Shown here piece after piece: positions 9,722 to 19,871 of a DNA stretch of 64,000 nt. The translations under genes and the position numbers were made by a program. The stretch spans positions 2,568 to 66,567 of the forward strand of contig CALUQZ010000005.1 of assembly GCA_944323055.1 (NCBI GenBank), in the 5' to 3' direction. Under the pieces are notes generated by a model. That model did not search any database. It worked only from the letters and a program-made list of their open reading frames with translations, and was not told the origin of the DNA. Each line of letters opens with the position of its first letter. Position 1 is the stretch's first letter. This DNA comes from an uncultured Acholeplasmatales bacterium (GTDB lineage Bacteria > Bacillota_I > Bacilli_A > Acholeplasmatales > Anaeroplasmataceae).

Positions 9722-10645
9722 CTAAAATTTAAAAATCGATCGATACTCTCCATCTCTTTTTTCATAAATAGCAATAGGCTCATCATTATAATAAACAATA
9801 AACCTATTTAGATCTTGTTTAATATTAGCTGATTCAACAAATAAATTTTTGTCATAAAGAGTAACACCATTACGGGCAAAATTACTAACCCGTTCATTTA
9901 CCCTTATTTTAGCATATTTTAGAAACTTTGTAATCTCTATAAGCGAAATTTCTTCATTTAATAATGTTTCTAAAGGGTATGAATTATCAATTGTATAACT
10001 ACCTATACTTATTCTTCGTAAATCTTTAACAACACCTAAATTATTAACTTGTTCCCCTAAATCTCTAGCAAAGCTTCTTATATAATACCCTTTTGTTACT
10101 TTTAATATTAAATCAATTTGATAATATTTATCTTCTTTATATAAATCTCTTAATATTTTTAAATCTATTATATGACAATTTCTTTCTTTTATTTGTACTT
10201 CTTCATTATTTCTTTGATATTCTAATAACTTCTTACCATTGACTTTAATAGCTGATGTTAATGGTGGTAATTGTGTCTTTTGTTGTTTTAAATAATCTAA
10301 TGCTTCATAAATATCTGCTTTATTTATTTCTTTTAATTCCTCTTTAATGATATTACCAGCTAAATCTAAAGTATCAGTTATAATGCCAAAACGTACTGTT
10401 ACAATATATGTTTTATCAGAAGTATCTAAATGAGGTAATAACTTAGTAGCACGTCCAAAAGCTAATAACATTAAGCCAGTAGCATCCGGATCAAGAGTAC
10501 CGATATGACCACAACTTTTAATATTATATCGTTTTTTTAAGATTTGACATAAGTCATTGCTAGTCATATTTTTAGGTTTATCAACAAGTAAAAAACCATT
10601 AAAGATTTCATTACTTATGTTTTTTACTATCTTTAATGGCTTCAT
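9722..10645 (-). CDS. truB: tRNA pseudouridine(55) synthase
   Basis: GFLLVDKPKNMTSND and GHIGTLDPDATGLM (catalytic Asp). truB-ribF-rpsO synteny. Confidence 0.92.
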   Translation of the reverse strand: MKPLKIVKNISNEIFNGFLLVDKPKNMTSNDLCQILKKRYNIKSCGHIGTLDPDATGLMLLAFGRATKLLPHLDTSDKTYIVTVRFGIITDTLDLAGNIIKEELKEINKADIYEALDYLKQQKTQLPPLTSAIKVNGKKLLEYQRNNEEVQIKERNCHIIDLKILRDLYKEDKYYQIDLILKVTKGYYIRSFARDLGEQVNNLGVVKDLRRISIGSYTIDNSYPLETLLNEEISLIEITKFLKYAKIRVNERVSNFARNGVTLYDKNLFVESANIKQDLNRFIVYYNDEPIAIYEKRDGEYRSIFKF

Positions 10646-11750
10646 AAAACATTTCCTCTAATTCTTTAGCAGTATTATTTATATTATATTTTTTAGCATA
10701 TTCGATGTATTCAAGACTTCTAACTTCTTTAGCACTAGGATTTTCAAACCAATAATCAATTTTTTGAGCTAATGATTCATAATCACCATGTCTAAATAAA
10801 TTTAAATCATCTAAAGCAAATTGATTTGTTGCTGATAAAATAGAATCAGAAATAACCGGAACAACTCCACAAGTGAAAGCTTCCATACAACCAATAGCTT
10901 CAATTTCAGCATCAGAAGCATGAACATATAAATCAGCCATATTAATGACATCAATTAACTCTGATTCAGTATAAAAGCCAAAAGATATTGGATTAGTTAA
11001 ATCCTCACCCATCTTTTCTAAATGCATTTTAATAGGTCCTTTACCAGCAAAAACTATTTGAATATCTTTTTCATGTTTTGAATGTTTAACCGCTTCAATT
11101 ATTAAATCTTGTCTTTTTTCTTCTGATAAACGGGCTATCATTAAAATGACAAACTTATTTTTCCATTCTTCTTTTTTTATAACATCTTTCTTTTTAAAAC
11201 TATTACATACTCCATTAGAGATAACATGTAACTTTGAAGTATATCCATTTTCTACTAATTGACCTTTAATCATGTTTGAAGGACAATGAACGTGTTCAAA
11301 CTTGTTGTAAAACTTTCTAAATTTCTTATAAATATATTTGTTTACAGCATCATATTTATTTAAATAAATAGTTGATGTTATATTTTCTGGTTGTAAATGA
11401 AAGGCTGCTGAACTAGGTATATTATATTTATCACATATCTTTTTAGCATAGCGTTCTATTTTAAAAGGAACTAGACAATGAACTATATCACTCTTTTTAA
11501 TAGCTTCTTTTATTAATTTTTTATTGCATTTAGCAAATGTAAAACCTTGTGATTTAGACACTTGATATAAGATTGGAACTTTACTAATACCTAAATTATA
11601 ACCTACTATTTTAGGCTCTTTAGGCGCACTAGCCGCTACAATTTGTATATCATGACCAAATTCAGCTAATTTTTTAGCAAAACGTCTTGTACTAGTAGCA
11701 ATTCCATTACTAGCCTCATCATATGAATCTATAATAAAAGTAATAACCAT
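10611..11750 (-). CDS. Glycosyltransferase family 4 (GT-B fold), possibly glycolipid synthase
   Basis: 379 aa. N-terminal acceptor domain and C-terminal EAIGCMEAFTCGVVPV (E-x7-E region) typical of GT4. Confidence 0.75.
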   Translation of the reverse strand: MVITFIIDSYDEASNGIATSTRRFAKKLAEFGHDIQIVAASAPKEPKIVGYNLGISKVPILYQVSKSQGFTFAKCNKKLIKEAIKKSDIVHCLVPFKIERYAKKICDKYNIPSSAAFHLQPENITSTIYLNKYDAVNKYIYKKFRKFYNKFEHVHCPSNMIKGQLVENGYTSKLHVISNGVCNSFKKKDVIKKEEWKNKFVILMIARLSEEKRQDLIIEAVKHSKHEKDIQIVFAGKGPIKMHLEKMGEDLTNPISFGFYTESELIDVINMADLYVHASDAEIEAIGCMEAFTCGVVPVISDSILSATNQFALDDLNLFRHGDYESLAQKIDYWFENPSAKEVRSLEYIEYAKKYNINNTAKELEEMFYEAIKDSKKHK

Positions 11751-11844
11751 AAGATCTCCTACTTTACTTAATTTTTCCTAAATGTCTAGTTAATTTTACA
11801 CTATTTATCTACATAATACAATATCTATTATGATTTTTTAAGTA

Positions 11845-11869
11845 TTAAAAAGGAGCATCTTGCTCCTTA
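11845..11869 (-). terminator. Rho-independent terminator ending the pyr operon
   Basis: Minus strand AAGGAGCAAGATGCTCCTT followed by TTTT, 9 nt after the pyrE stop. Confidence 0.75.
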
Positions 11870-11877
11870 ATTAGTGT

Positions 11878-12519
11878 TTAAATGTCTAACCAACTAGAAT
11901 CATCTGGGTTTTCCCTAAACTTTAAAACTTTTTTATATTCTTGTTCAGAAATATAATTATTAGTTAAAGCTACTTTTGCTAAAGCTTCAAAATTTGATAA
12001 TGAATGATTAATAATAGAGGCATTAGCTAAACGATCTAAACCTTTTTGTAAATTATAAGTAAAGATTGATGCTATACCTAAGACAATAGCTCCTTCTTCT
12101 TTTAAAACATCACATACTTCTAAAACTGAACCGGCAGTAGAAATTAAATCTTCAATTACTACTACTTTCTTACCTTTAGGGTCAGCACCTTCAATTTGAT
12201 TTTGGCGACCATGGTCTTTTGATTTAGCTCTGACATAACCCATTGGTAAATCAAGCAAATCAGAAACATAAGCCGCATGAGGAATCCCAGCTGTTGATGT
12301 TCCCATTATTACTTCTACATCCGGATAATTCTCTTGAATCATTTTAGATAAAGCTGTTTCAACATAAACTCTAGCATTAACATTACCTAAAATCAATCTA
12401 TTATCACAGTAAATAGGACTTTTAATCCCACTAGCCCAAGTAAATGGTTCACTCGGTCTTAAAAAAACAGCTTGAATATCTAATAATACTTTTGCAATAT
12501 CTTCTCTAAAATCAGTCAT
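11878..12519 (-). CDS. pyrE: Orotate phosphoribosyltransferase
   Basis: 213 aa with PRPP-binding motif VVVIEDLISTAGS. Overlaps the pyrF stop. Confidence 0.93.
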   Translation of the reverse strand: MTDFREDIAKVLLDIQAVFLRPSEPFTWASGIKSPIYCDNRLILGNVNARVYVETALSKMIQENYPDVEVIMGTSTAGIPHAAYVSDLLDLPMGYVRAKSKDHGRQNQIEGADPKGKKVVVIEDLISTAGSVLEVCDVLKEEGAIVLGIASIFTYNLQKGLDRLANASIINHSLSNFEALAKVALTNNYISEQEYKKVLKFRENPDDSSWLDI

Positions 12520-13198
12520 TATAAAACTCCTTTACACATTCTAAATATTGTTTAACTGGTTCATTACTACCTGTGATACTTCTACCTACAACAATGTAAG
12601 TTGAACCTAACTTTTTAGCATCGCTTGGAGTAGTTACTCGCTTTTGATCTCCTACGCTATCCCCTTCTAATCTTATACCTGGTGTAACACTAATAAGGTT
12701 TAATTCTTTAGCTATAGAAGCCTCAAATGGTGAACATACTATACCGTCTAAGCCGGCTAATTTAGCATTAGTTGCGTAATCTTTAACTACTTCATTTAAT
12801 GGTTTATTAATATCTAATTCTTCATGCAAGGCCTTATCATCAAGTGATGTTAAAATAGTAACAGCTATTAATTTAGTGTTGCTATTAGCTAGCCCTCTTT
12901 TAGCAGCCTCCATCATTTTAATACCACCTGAAGCATGAACGTTTGTGATATCTACCCCTAATTTAGCTATGTTTCGCATAGCTTTTTCTACTGTGTTAGG
13001 AATATCGCATAGTTTTAAATCTAAAAAGATTTTAAACCCCATTTCTTTTAATTCTTTAACCATTTGTGGACCTTCAGCATAAAACAATTCCATACCAATT
13101 TTTAAGTAAGGATTTAAACCTTTAAAAGGTTCTAAGAATTCATATAGAGTAGCTTTATCTTTAAAATCACAAGCTATAATAACTTTATTTTCTTCCAT
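12512..13198 (-). CDS. pyrF: Orotidine 5'-phosphate decarboxylase
   Basis: 228 aa with motifs DLKLCDIPNTV and VVGRSIT. Confidence 0.93.
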   Translation of the reverse strand: MEENKVIIACDFKDKATLYEFLEPFKGLNPYLKIGMELFYAEGPQMVKELKEMGFKIFLDLKLCDIPNTVEKAMRNIAKLGVDITNVHASGGIKMMEAAKRGLANSNTKLIAVTILTSLDDKALHEELDINKPLNEVVKDYATNAKLAGLDGIVCSPFEASIAKELNLISVTPGIRLEGDSVGDQKRVTTPSDAKKLGSTYIVVGRSITGSNEPVKQYLECVKEFYND

Positions 13199-13209
13199 AA
13201 TATAATCTC

Positions 13210-13947
13210 CTAAGATATTTCTTCAACATAATTGACATATTCTAAATCTCTAATGCTAGATAAGAAAGGAATATGACGCATGTTATGATAACCTTTATTT
13301 TTATTATAAAGGTAGATTGTATAAACAGCTAATCCTGATTCTTGATAAGCTGTATTAAGTTCAACGCGTTGAATTAAAATATTAGATTTTCTTATAAAAT
13401 TTACTAGATCTTTTAAATGTTTAGTTTCATTTAACTCAACATGAATGGTAAAGCTTTTAGACAAATCTTTTAAATTAGCTTCAAACCCTTGCAAAATCGT
13501 AAAGACTAAAAAGATAACAACGACAGAAATAACTGCTAAAGTGTAAAAACCAACGCCAATAGCTAAACCCATACATGCACAAGCCCATAGACCAGCAGCT
13601 GTTGTTAAGCCTCTAATCTGACTTCTTGATGTAATAATAATCGTACCTGCACCTAAAAAACCAATTCCAGATATAACTTGTGCACCTAATCTTGATGCGT
13701 CACCAGTTTCAAATGTTTCAAAAATAAATTGATTAGTTAGCATGGCAATTGTTGAACCTATCGTCACTAAAATATAAGTTCTTACCCCAGCTGCATGATT
13801 TCTAGCACTTCTTTCTATACCAATTATAAATGCAAACAAAACAGCTAAAAGAATCCTAAAAAACACTGAGCCTATGGAAATATCTTGGCTCCAAGCCCCT
13901 AGAAATTTCGCAATAGGATCAATAACTGTATAAAACATGTTAATCAC
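13210..13947 (-). CDS. MgtC/SapB family membrane protein
   Basis: 245 aa. Motifs GIERSARNHAAGVRTY, GIGFLGAGTII and GLTTAAGLW. About 4-5 TM segments plus a soluble C-terminal domain. Confidence 0.85.
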   Translation of the reverse strand: MINMFYTVIDPIAKFLGAWSQDISIGSVFFRILLAVLFAFIIGIERSARNHAAGVRTYILVTIGSTIAMLTNQFIFETFETGDASRLGAQVISGIGFLGAGTIIITSRSQIRGLTTAAGLWACACMGLAIGVGFYTLAVISVVVIFLVFTILQGFEANLKDLSKSFTIHVELNETKHLKDLVNFIRKSNILIQRVELNTAYQESGLAVYTIYLYNKNKGYHNMRHIPFLSSIRDLEYVNYVEEIS

Positions 13948-13977
13948 CTAAGCTAATTTTACAATTTTTTTTAAAAA

Positions 13978-14889
13978 TTAGCAATGTGCTTTACCAATAA
14001 TATCTGCTAAATTAGTAATTTTTAATTCTTTCATGACATTATCTAAGTCAAAAATAATCTCTTTAGCCGCGTATGGATTAACTAAATTATAAGCTCCAAC
14101 CATACATAAACTAGCTCCTGCTAACATCATTTCAATAACATCACGTGCACTAGTTATACCACCCATTCCAATAATCGGTAGTTTAGTAGCTTCATAAACT
14201 TGATAAACCATATTTAAAGCTACCGGAAATACTCCAGGGCCACTATATCCACCTTTAGTTACGCTTATAATCGGTTTTCGTGTTTTTAAATCAATACGCA
14301 TACCAACAAGAGTATTTATCAAAGAAATAGCATCAGCGCCCGCATTTTCACATGCTATAGCCATTTCTCTTATATCTTTAACATTAGGGGATAATTTGGC
14401 AATTAAAGGTTTTTGACAAACTTTTTTAACTTCTTTTACAAGTTCATAACAAACATTTGGGTCTTGACCAAATGCCATTCCGCCTTCTTTGACATTAGGG
14501 CAAGATATATTTAATTCTATAGCCAAAACTTTACTAGCTTTATTAAATTCTTTAACTACAGCTAAATATTCTTCTTTACTATGACCTCCAACATTAGCTA
14601 TAACTAAATCATTATAAACTTTTGCTAATTTTGGTAGTTCTTCATTAATAACTTGAAAAACTCCAGGGTTTTGCAAACCAATTGCATTAATTAACCCTGC
14701 TTGACATTCTGCTATTCTAGGTAAAGGATTTCCGTATCGAGCATTTAAAGTTGTCCCTTTTAAAGCTATTGAACCTAATATATTCAAATCATATAAGTCA
14801 CTAAATTCATAACCAAATCCAAAACAACCACTAGCAGGAATTATCGGATTCTTAAATATATGATTAAACAGTTTAATCTCTTTATTCAT
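13978..14889 (-). CDS. pyrD: Dihydroorotate dehydrogenase, class 1B catalytic subunit
   Basis: 303 aa with NISCPNVKEGG and GMGGI motifs. Directly follows pyrK. Confidence 0.93.
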   Translation of the reverse strand: MNKEIKLFNHIFKNPIIPASGCFGFGYEFSDLYDLNILGSIALKGTTLNARYGNPLPRIAECQAGLINAIGLQNPGVFQVINEELPKLAKVYNDLVIANVGGHSKEEYLAVVKEFNKASKVLAIELNISCPNVKEGGMAFGQDPNVCYELVKEVKKVCQKPLIAKLSPNVKDIREMAIACENAGADAISLINTLVGMRIDLKTRKPIISVTKGGYSGPGVFPVALNMVYQVYEATKLPIIGMGGITSARDVIEMMLAGASLCMVGAYNLVNPYAAKEIIFDLDNVMKELKITNLADIIGKAHC

Positions 14890-15610
14890 AAATTACCTCA
14901 CTAGCTTTAAAAACAGGTCCTTCTTTACAAACTCTTTTATAACCATTAATTGTTTTAATAGAACAACCCATACAAGCCCCAAATCCACAACCCATTCTAG
15001 CTTCTAAAGAAAGATAACCATTATCACTATATTCTTTTAAAGCTTTTAACATTAAATTAGGGCCACAAGCATAATACTTATCAAAATTAATTTGCGAATT
15101 TTTTAAAAAATTTACCGCATTGCCTTTATATCCTAAAGAACCATCATCCGTCGTTAAATATAAATTAGTATGTTCTTTAAAAAAATCTAACAAAATAAAA
15201 TTATCTTTAGTTTGCTCACCATATATTAAAGTAGGCTTAATTCCTTTTTTATTGAACACTTTAATAAGATTAATAAAAGGAGCTATACCAATACCACCAG
15301 CTACTATTAAAGGATTATTAGACAATTCCCTAAAACCATTACCTAATCCTACTAAAACATTAAGTTTTGTACCAACTTGAAGGCAACTCATTTCTTTAGT
15401 ACCTTCCCCTAAAACTTTATAAATTATAGTTAAAGTATTTGTTGTATAATCTGCTACACTAAAAGGACGGCGTAAATAAAAATCCTTTAATTTAACATTT
15501 ACAAATTCGTTAGGGTATTTAATAATGCTTAAATCACCTTTTAAAACCATTTGATAAATGCTATTACTTAATTTTTTATTGTCAATTATTTCTAATAATA
15601 AATCTTTCAT
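14882..15610 (-). CDS. pyrK: Dihydroorotate dehydrogenase electron transfer subunit
   Basis: FNR-like RPFSV motif and C-terminal 2Fe-2S Cys cluster CGFGACMGC...C. I prefer the start at MKDLLLEI (15610), 1 nt after the carB stop, over the longer tracked ORF. Confidence 0.88.
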   Translation of the reverse strand: MKDLLLEIIDNKKLSNSIYQMVLKGDLSIIKYPNEFVNVKLKDFYLRRPFSVADYTTNTLTIIYKVLGEGTKEMSCLQVGTKLNVLVGLGNGFRELSNNPLIVAGGIGIAPFINLIKVFNKKGIKPTLIYGEQTKDNFILLDFFKEHTNLYLTTDDGSLGYKGNAVNFLKNSQINFDKYYACGPNLMLKALKEYSDNGYLSLEARMGCGFGACMGCSIKTINGYKRVCKEGPVFKASEVIYE

Positions 15611-15611
15611 T

Positions 15612-18600
15612 TTAATCCTCATCAATTGTAGAAATAGACATAGTTGTCTCTTCAAGTACATTTAATAATACGTTAACTGTATCTAAACATGTAAAGATAG
15701 CAACATTATTATCAATTGCACAACCTCTAATTAAAACGCCATCATGCTTAGTATTTCTTTTATCTTCATTAACAGTATTAATTACATAAGTAATATAACC
15801 TTTACGAATTTGTTCTAATATTTCTTCTGAACCTTCAGATATCTTTTTTAATATTCTAGTTCTAATATTATTTTGTTTTAAATAATTAGCTGTACCTTTA
15901 GTAGCAACAATATTAAATCCTAAATTATAAAATCTCTTAATTAAAGGTAAGGCCTTTTCTTTATCATTATCAGCTATAGTAGCTAAAATAGTACCATAAT
16001 TTGCAACTTTAAGACCACTAGCTTTTAATGATTTATATAGAGCTCTATTTAATGATTTATCATAACCTATTGCTTCACCAGTAGATTTCATTTCTGGTGA
16101 TAAAACAGCATCAAGACCTCTAATCTTAGTAAAAGAGAAAGTTGGCGATTTAACATAATGTCTTTTTCGATTAGGAAATTTTCCGACATAGCCTAACTCT
16201 TTTAATTTTTTCCCTAACATAACTTTAGCTGCAATATTAGCAATCGGAATATTTGTTGATTTTGCTAAAAATGGCACTGTCCTAGAAGAACGCGGATTCA
16301 CCTCAATAATAGAAACTTTATTATTAGGTTCAACAATAAATTGAATATTAAATAAACCGATTAAGCCTAAACCTAAACCAATTTTAGTAGTATAATCACA
16401 AATAGTTTGACAAACTTCATCATTTAGTGAATATGGTGGGTAAACACTCATACTATCACCACTATGTACACCTGTTTTTTCAATGTGTTCCATAATACCA
16501 GGGATAAAAACATTAACCCCGTCACATATAGCATCAACTTCACATTCTTGGCCACTAACATATTTATCAACTAAAACTGGATGAGTAGGATCATATTCTA
16601 AAGCTTCTTTAATAAAAGCAATTAAATTAGTTTCATCATAAACAATGTGCATCATCCTACCACCTAAGACAAATGATGGTCTTACAAGGACTGGGTAAGA
16701 TATTAAATTAGCTTCTTTTATTCCTTCTTCAACACTTAAAACACCTCTACCACTAGGCATAGGAATATTTAGTTGATTCATAATTTGTTCAAATTGTTCA
16801 CGATCTTCTGCTAGATCAATAGCTTTAGCTGAAGCTCCGATAAGTTTAATACCACTATTTTCTAAACTAGCTGCTAGATTGATGGCAGTTTGACCACCTA
16901 AAGCTACAATGACACCCTTAGGTTGTTCAAAATGAATGATATTCATAACATCTTCATATGTTAATGGTTCAAAGTATAATTTATCAGATAAAGTATAATC
17001 AGTTGAAACAGTTTCTGGGTTATTGTTTATAACTATTGCCTCATACCCTTCTTCTTTAATCGCCCAAATAGCATGTACAGTTGAATAATCAAATTCAACA
17101 CCTTGTCCGATTCTAATTGGTCCTGAACCTAATACTATAATTTTTTCTTTATTGCTTCTAATACTTTCATTTTCATGTTCATATGTAGAATAAAAATAAG
17201 GTATATATGATTTAAATTCACTAGCACAAGTATCTATCATCTTATAAACTGGAAAAATATTATTATTAAGCCTTATTTGATAGATTTCTTCTTCTGTTTT
17301 ACCACTAATTTCAGCAATACAAATATCAGAAAATCCATATTTTTTAGCCATTCTAATATTATTTAGATCAAGTGGGTCTTTCTTTATTTCTCTTTCAAGT
17401 AAAACTATATGATTTATCTTTTCTAAAAAGAAACGATCTATCTTTGTAATTTGATATAAATCATCAATAGTAATATCTCTTCTTAAAGCTTCTGTAACAG
17501 CAAAAATTCTTTCATCATTTTCTTCTTTAATAAATTGAATTAATTCTTTATTAGACATTTTAGTCAATTTAGGAAGGGACAAATGATATACTTTATTTTC
17601 AAGTGAACGAACTGCCTTTAATAAACTTTCTTCAATCGTTCTACCGATGGCCATAACTTCACCTGTAGCCTTCATTTGCGTTGATAAATGTCTATTAGCC
17701 GTTTGAAATTTATCAAAAGGGAAACGCGGTATTTTAGTTACAACATAATCAAGTGTCGGTTCAAAACTAGCTTTTGTATTAGCAATATCTATCTCATCTA
17801 ATAACATGCCACAAGCAATTTTAGCTGATACACGAGCTATCGGATATCCTGATGCCTTACTAGCAAGAGCACTTGAACGAGAAACACGTGGATTTACTTC
17901 TATAACATAATATTGAAATGAATAAGGGTCTAAACTAAATTGAACGTTACAACCGCCTTCAATTTTAAGCGCTCTAATAATTTTTAAAGCACTATTCCTC
18001 AACATTTGATATTCTTTATTTGTTAAAGTTTGACTAGGTGCTACAACTATACTATCTCCTGTATGAATACCTACAGGGTCAACATTTTCCATATTACACA
18101 CCACTATAGCTGTATCATTTTTATCTCTTAAAACTTCATATTCAATTTCTTTAAAACCTTTAATAGATTTTTCAACTAAAACTTCGCCAACTGGTGATAA
18201 TTTTAAAGCATTTTTTGCTAATGAAGTAATTTCATCAGGACTGTTAGCAAAGCCACCACCTGTACCACCTAAAGTAAAAGCAGGACGTAATATAACAGGA
18301 TAACCGATTTTTAAAGCTGCCTCTTTAACTTCATCAATTGTCTTACAATTAATACTTTCTAAGATTGGTTCATTAATTTTTAAGCACAAATTACGGAATA
18401 ATTCTCTATCTTCGGCTTGATTAATAGCATCATAACTTGTACCTAGTAATTCAACTTGACATTCATCTAAGACACCTTTGCGATATAATTGCATACCAAG
18501 ATTTAACCCAGTTTGACCACCTATTGAACAAATTAAACCATCAGGCCGTTCATAACGAATAATTTTAGCAACATTCTCTAAATCTAATGGCTCCATATAT

Positions 18601-18791
18601 ACTTTATCAGCTATTTTAGTATCCGTCATAATAGTAGCCGGATTAGAATTTACTAAAACTACTTGATATCCTTCTTCTTTTAGAGCTAGGCAGGCTTGAG
18701 TACCAGCATAATCAAATTCAGCTCCTTGACCTATAACAATCGGACCTGAACCAATAACCATTATCTTTTTTAAATCTCTTCTTTTTGGCAT
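15612..18791 (-). CDS. carB: Carbamoyl-phosphate synthase large subunit
   Basis: About 1060 aa with a duplicated ATP-grasp and a C-terminal MGS-like domain. Likely start is MPKRRDLKKIMVIGSGPI. Confidence 0.96.
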   Translation of the reverse strand: MPKRRDLKKIMVIGSGPIVIGQGAEFDYAGTQACLALKEEGYQVVLVNSNPATIMTDTKIADKVYMEPLDLENVAKIIRYERPDGLICSIGGQTGLNLGMQLYRKGVLDECQVELLGTSYDAINQAEDRELFRNLCLKINEPILESINCKTIDEVKEAALKIGYPVILRPAFTLGGTGGGFANSPDEITSLAKNALKLSPVGEVLVEKSIKGFKEIEYEVLRDKNDTAIVVCNMENVDPVGIHTGDSIVVAPSQTLTNKEYQMLRNSALKIIRALKIEGGCNVQFSLDPYSFQYYVIEVNPRVSRSSALASKASGYPIARVSAKIACGMLLDEIDIANTKASFEPTLDYVVTKIPRFPFDKFQTANRHLSTQMKATGEVMAIGRTIEESLLKAVRSLENKVYHLSLPKLTKMSNKELIQFIKEENDERIFAVTEALRRDITIDDLYQITKIDRFFLEKINHIVLLEREIKKDPLDLNNIRMAKKYGFSDICIAEISGKTEEEIYQIRLNNNIFPVYKMIDTCASEFKSYIPYFYSTYEHENESIRSNKEKIIVLGSGPIRIGQGVEFDYSTVHAIWAIKEEGYEAIVINNNPETVSTDYTLSDKLYFEPLTYEDVMNIIHFEQPKGVIVALGGQTAINLAASLENSGIKLIGASAKAIDLAEDREQFEQIMNQLNIPMPSGRGVLSVEEGIKEANLISYPVLVRPSFVLGGRMMHIVYDETNLIAFIKEALEYDPTHPVLVDKYVSGQECEVDAICDGVNVFIPGIMEHIEKTGVHSGDSMSVYPPYSLNDEVCQTICDYTTKIGLGLGLIGLFNIQFIVEPNNKVSIIEVNPRSSRTVPFLAKSTNIPIANIAAKVMLGKKLKELGYVGKFPNRKRHYVKSPTFSFTKIRGLDAVLSPEMKSTGEAIGYDKSLNRALYKSLKASGLKVANYGTILATIADNDKEKALPLIKRFYNLGFNIVATKGTANYLKQNNIRTRILKKISEGSEEILEQIRKGYITYVINTVNEDKRNTKHDGVLIRGCAIDNNVAIFTCLDTVNVLLNVLEETTMSISTIDED

Positions 18792-19870
18792 TTTGCTTTC
18801 CACTCCTTCATTAGATTACGGAAACGACCGAATAAATATTCACTATCTTCCGGACCAGCTGCTGATTCAGGATGATATTGTACGCACATTAAATAATTAT
18901 TTTCATCCTTCATACCTTCAGCTTCACCATCTAAAATATTAATATGAGTCAATTTTAAACCTGTACCTTCTAAACTATTTTTATCAACAGCAAAACTATG
19001 ATTTTGACTAGTAATTTCTACTTTTAGAGTTTCTAAATCTTTAACAGGATGATTTGCCCCTCTATGGCCAAACTTCATTTTATAAGTCTTAGCTCCATAA
19101 GCTAAACCTATAATTTGATGACCTAAACAAATACCTAAAATTGGTAATTTCCCTTTAAAATATTTAACTAATTCAATAACCGGTTTAACATTTTCAGGAT
19201 CTCCCGGGCCATTTGATAAAAATAAACCATCCGGATGATATTTTAAAATTTCTTCTTTAGTCGTGTTAAAAGGTACAACAATAACATTACAACCAAACTC
19301 ATTTAATTTACGAATGATATTTAATTTGCATCCACAATCAACACAAACAACATTATATAAAGGATTACGAGTTCTCGAATACCAAACTCTTTTACTAGAT
19401 ACTTTTTCTACTTGATTAGTTGGATAACTATAATTTTTGATATGTTCCATCGCATATTCATGCGTTTTGCTTACATCACAAATAAAAGCCTTCATAGAGC
19501 CATAATCTCTTATTACTCTTACTAACTCCCGCGTATCTATACCACTTATTCCAACAACGTTATTTTCTTCCATTACATCCGATAAAGTTCTAGTATATCT
19601 AAAATTTGAAGGTATATCATTATATTCTCTAACAATAAATCCAGACATATAAATACTTTTAGATTCATAATCTTCATCAGTTAAACCGTAATTACCAATT
19701 AAAGGATAAGTCATAACAACAAATTGATCACAGTAAGAAGGATCAGATAATATTTCTTGATACCCTACCATTGAAGTATTAAATACGATTTCTGCTACCT
19801 TTTCTTTCTTTGAGCCAAAACCATCGCCTATAAACTCCATTCCATTTTCTAAAACCAGTTTTCTCTTCAT
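18770..19870 (-). CDS. carA: Carbamoyl-phosphate synthase small (glutaminase) subunit
   Basis: GICLGHQ catalytic Cys motif and HPE triad. I prefer ATG at 19870 (MKRKLVLENG) with SD GGTGA 5 nt upstream. Confidence 0.94.
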   Translation of the reverse strand: MKRKLVLENGMEFIGDGFGSKKEKVAEIVFNTSMVGYQEILSDPSYCDQFVVMTYPLIGNYGLTDEDYESKSIYMSGFIVREYNDIPSNFRYTRTLSDVMEENNVVGISGIDTRELVRVIRDYGSMKAFICDVSKTHEYAMEHIKNYSYPTNQVEKVSSKRVWYSRTRNPLYNVVCVDCGCKLNIIRKLNEFGCNVIVVPFNTTKEEILKYHPDGLFLSNGPGDPENVKPVIELVKYFKGKLPILGICLGHQIIGLAYGAKTYKMKFGHRGANHPVKDLETLKVEITSQNHSFAVDKNSLEGTGLKLTHINILDGEAEGMKDENNYLMCVQYHPESAAGPEDSEYLFGRFRNLMKEWKAKCQKEEI

Positions 19871-19871
19871 T

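Noticed and set aside
15120-15380. 86-aa plus-strand ORF inside pyrK
   Set aside because: It is antisense to a conserved gene and shows no motif or RBS.
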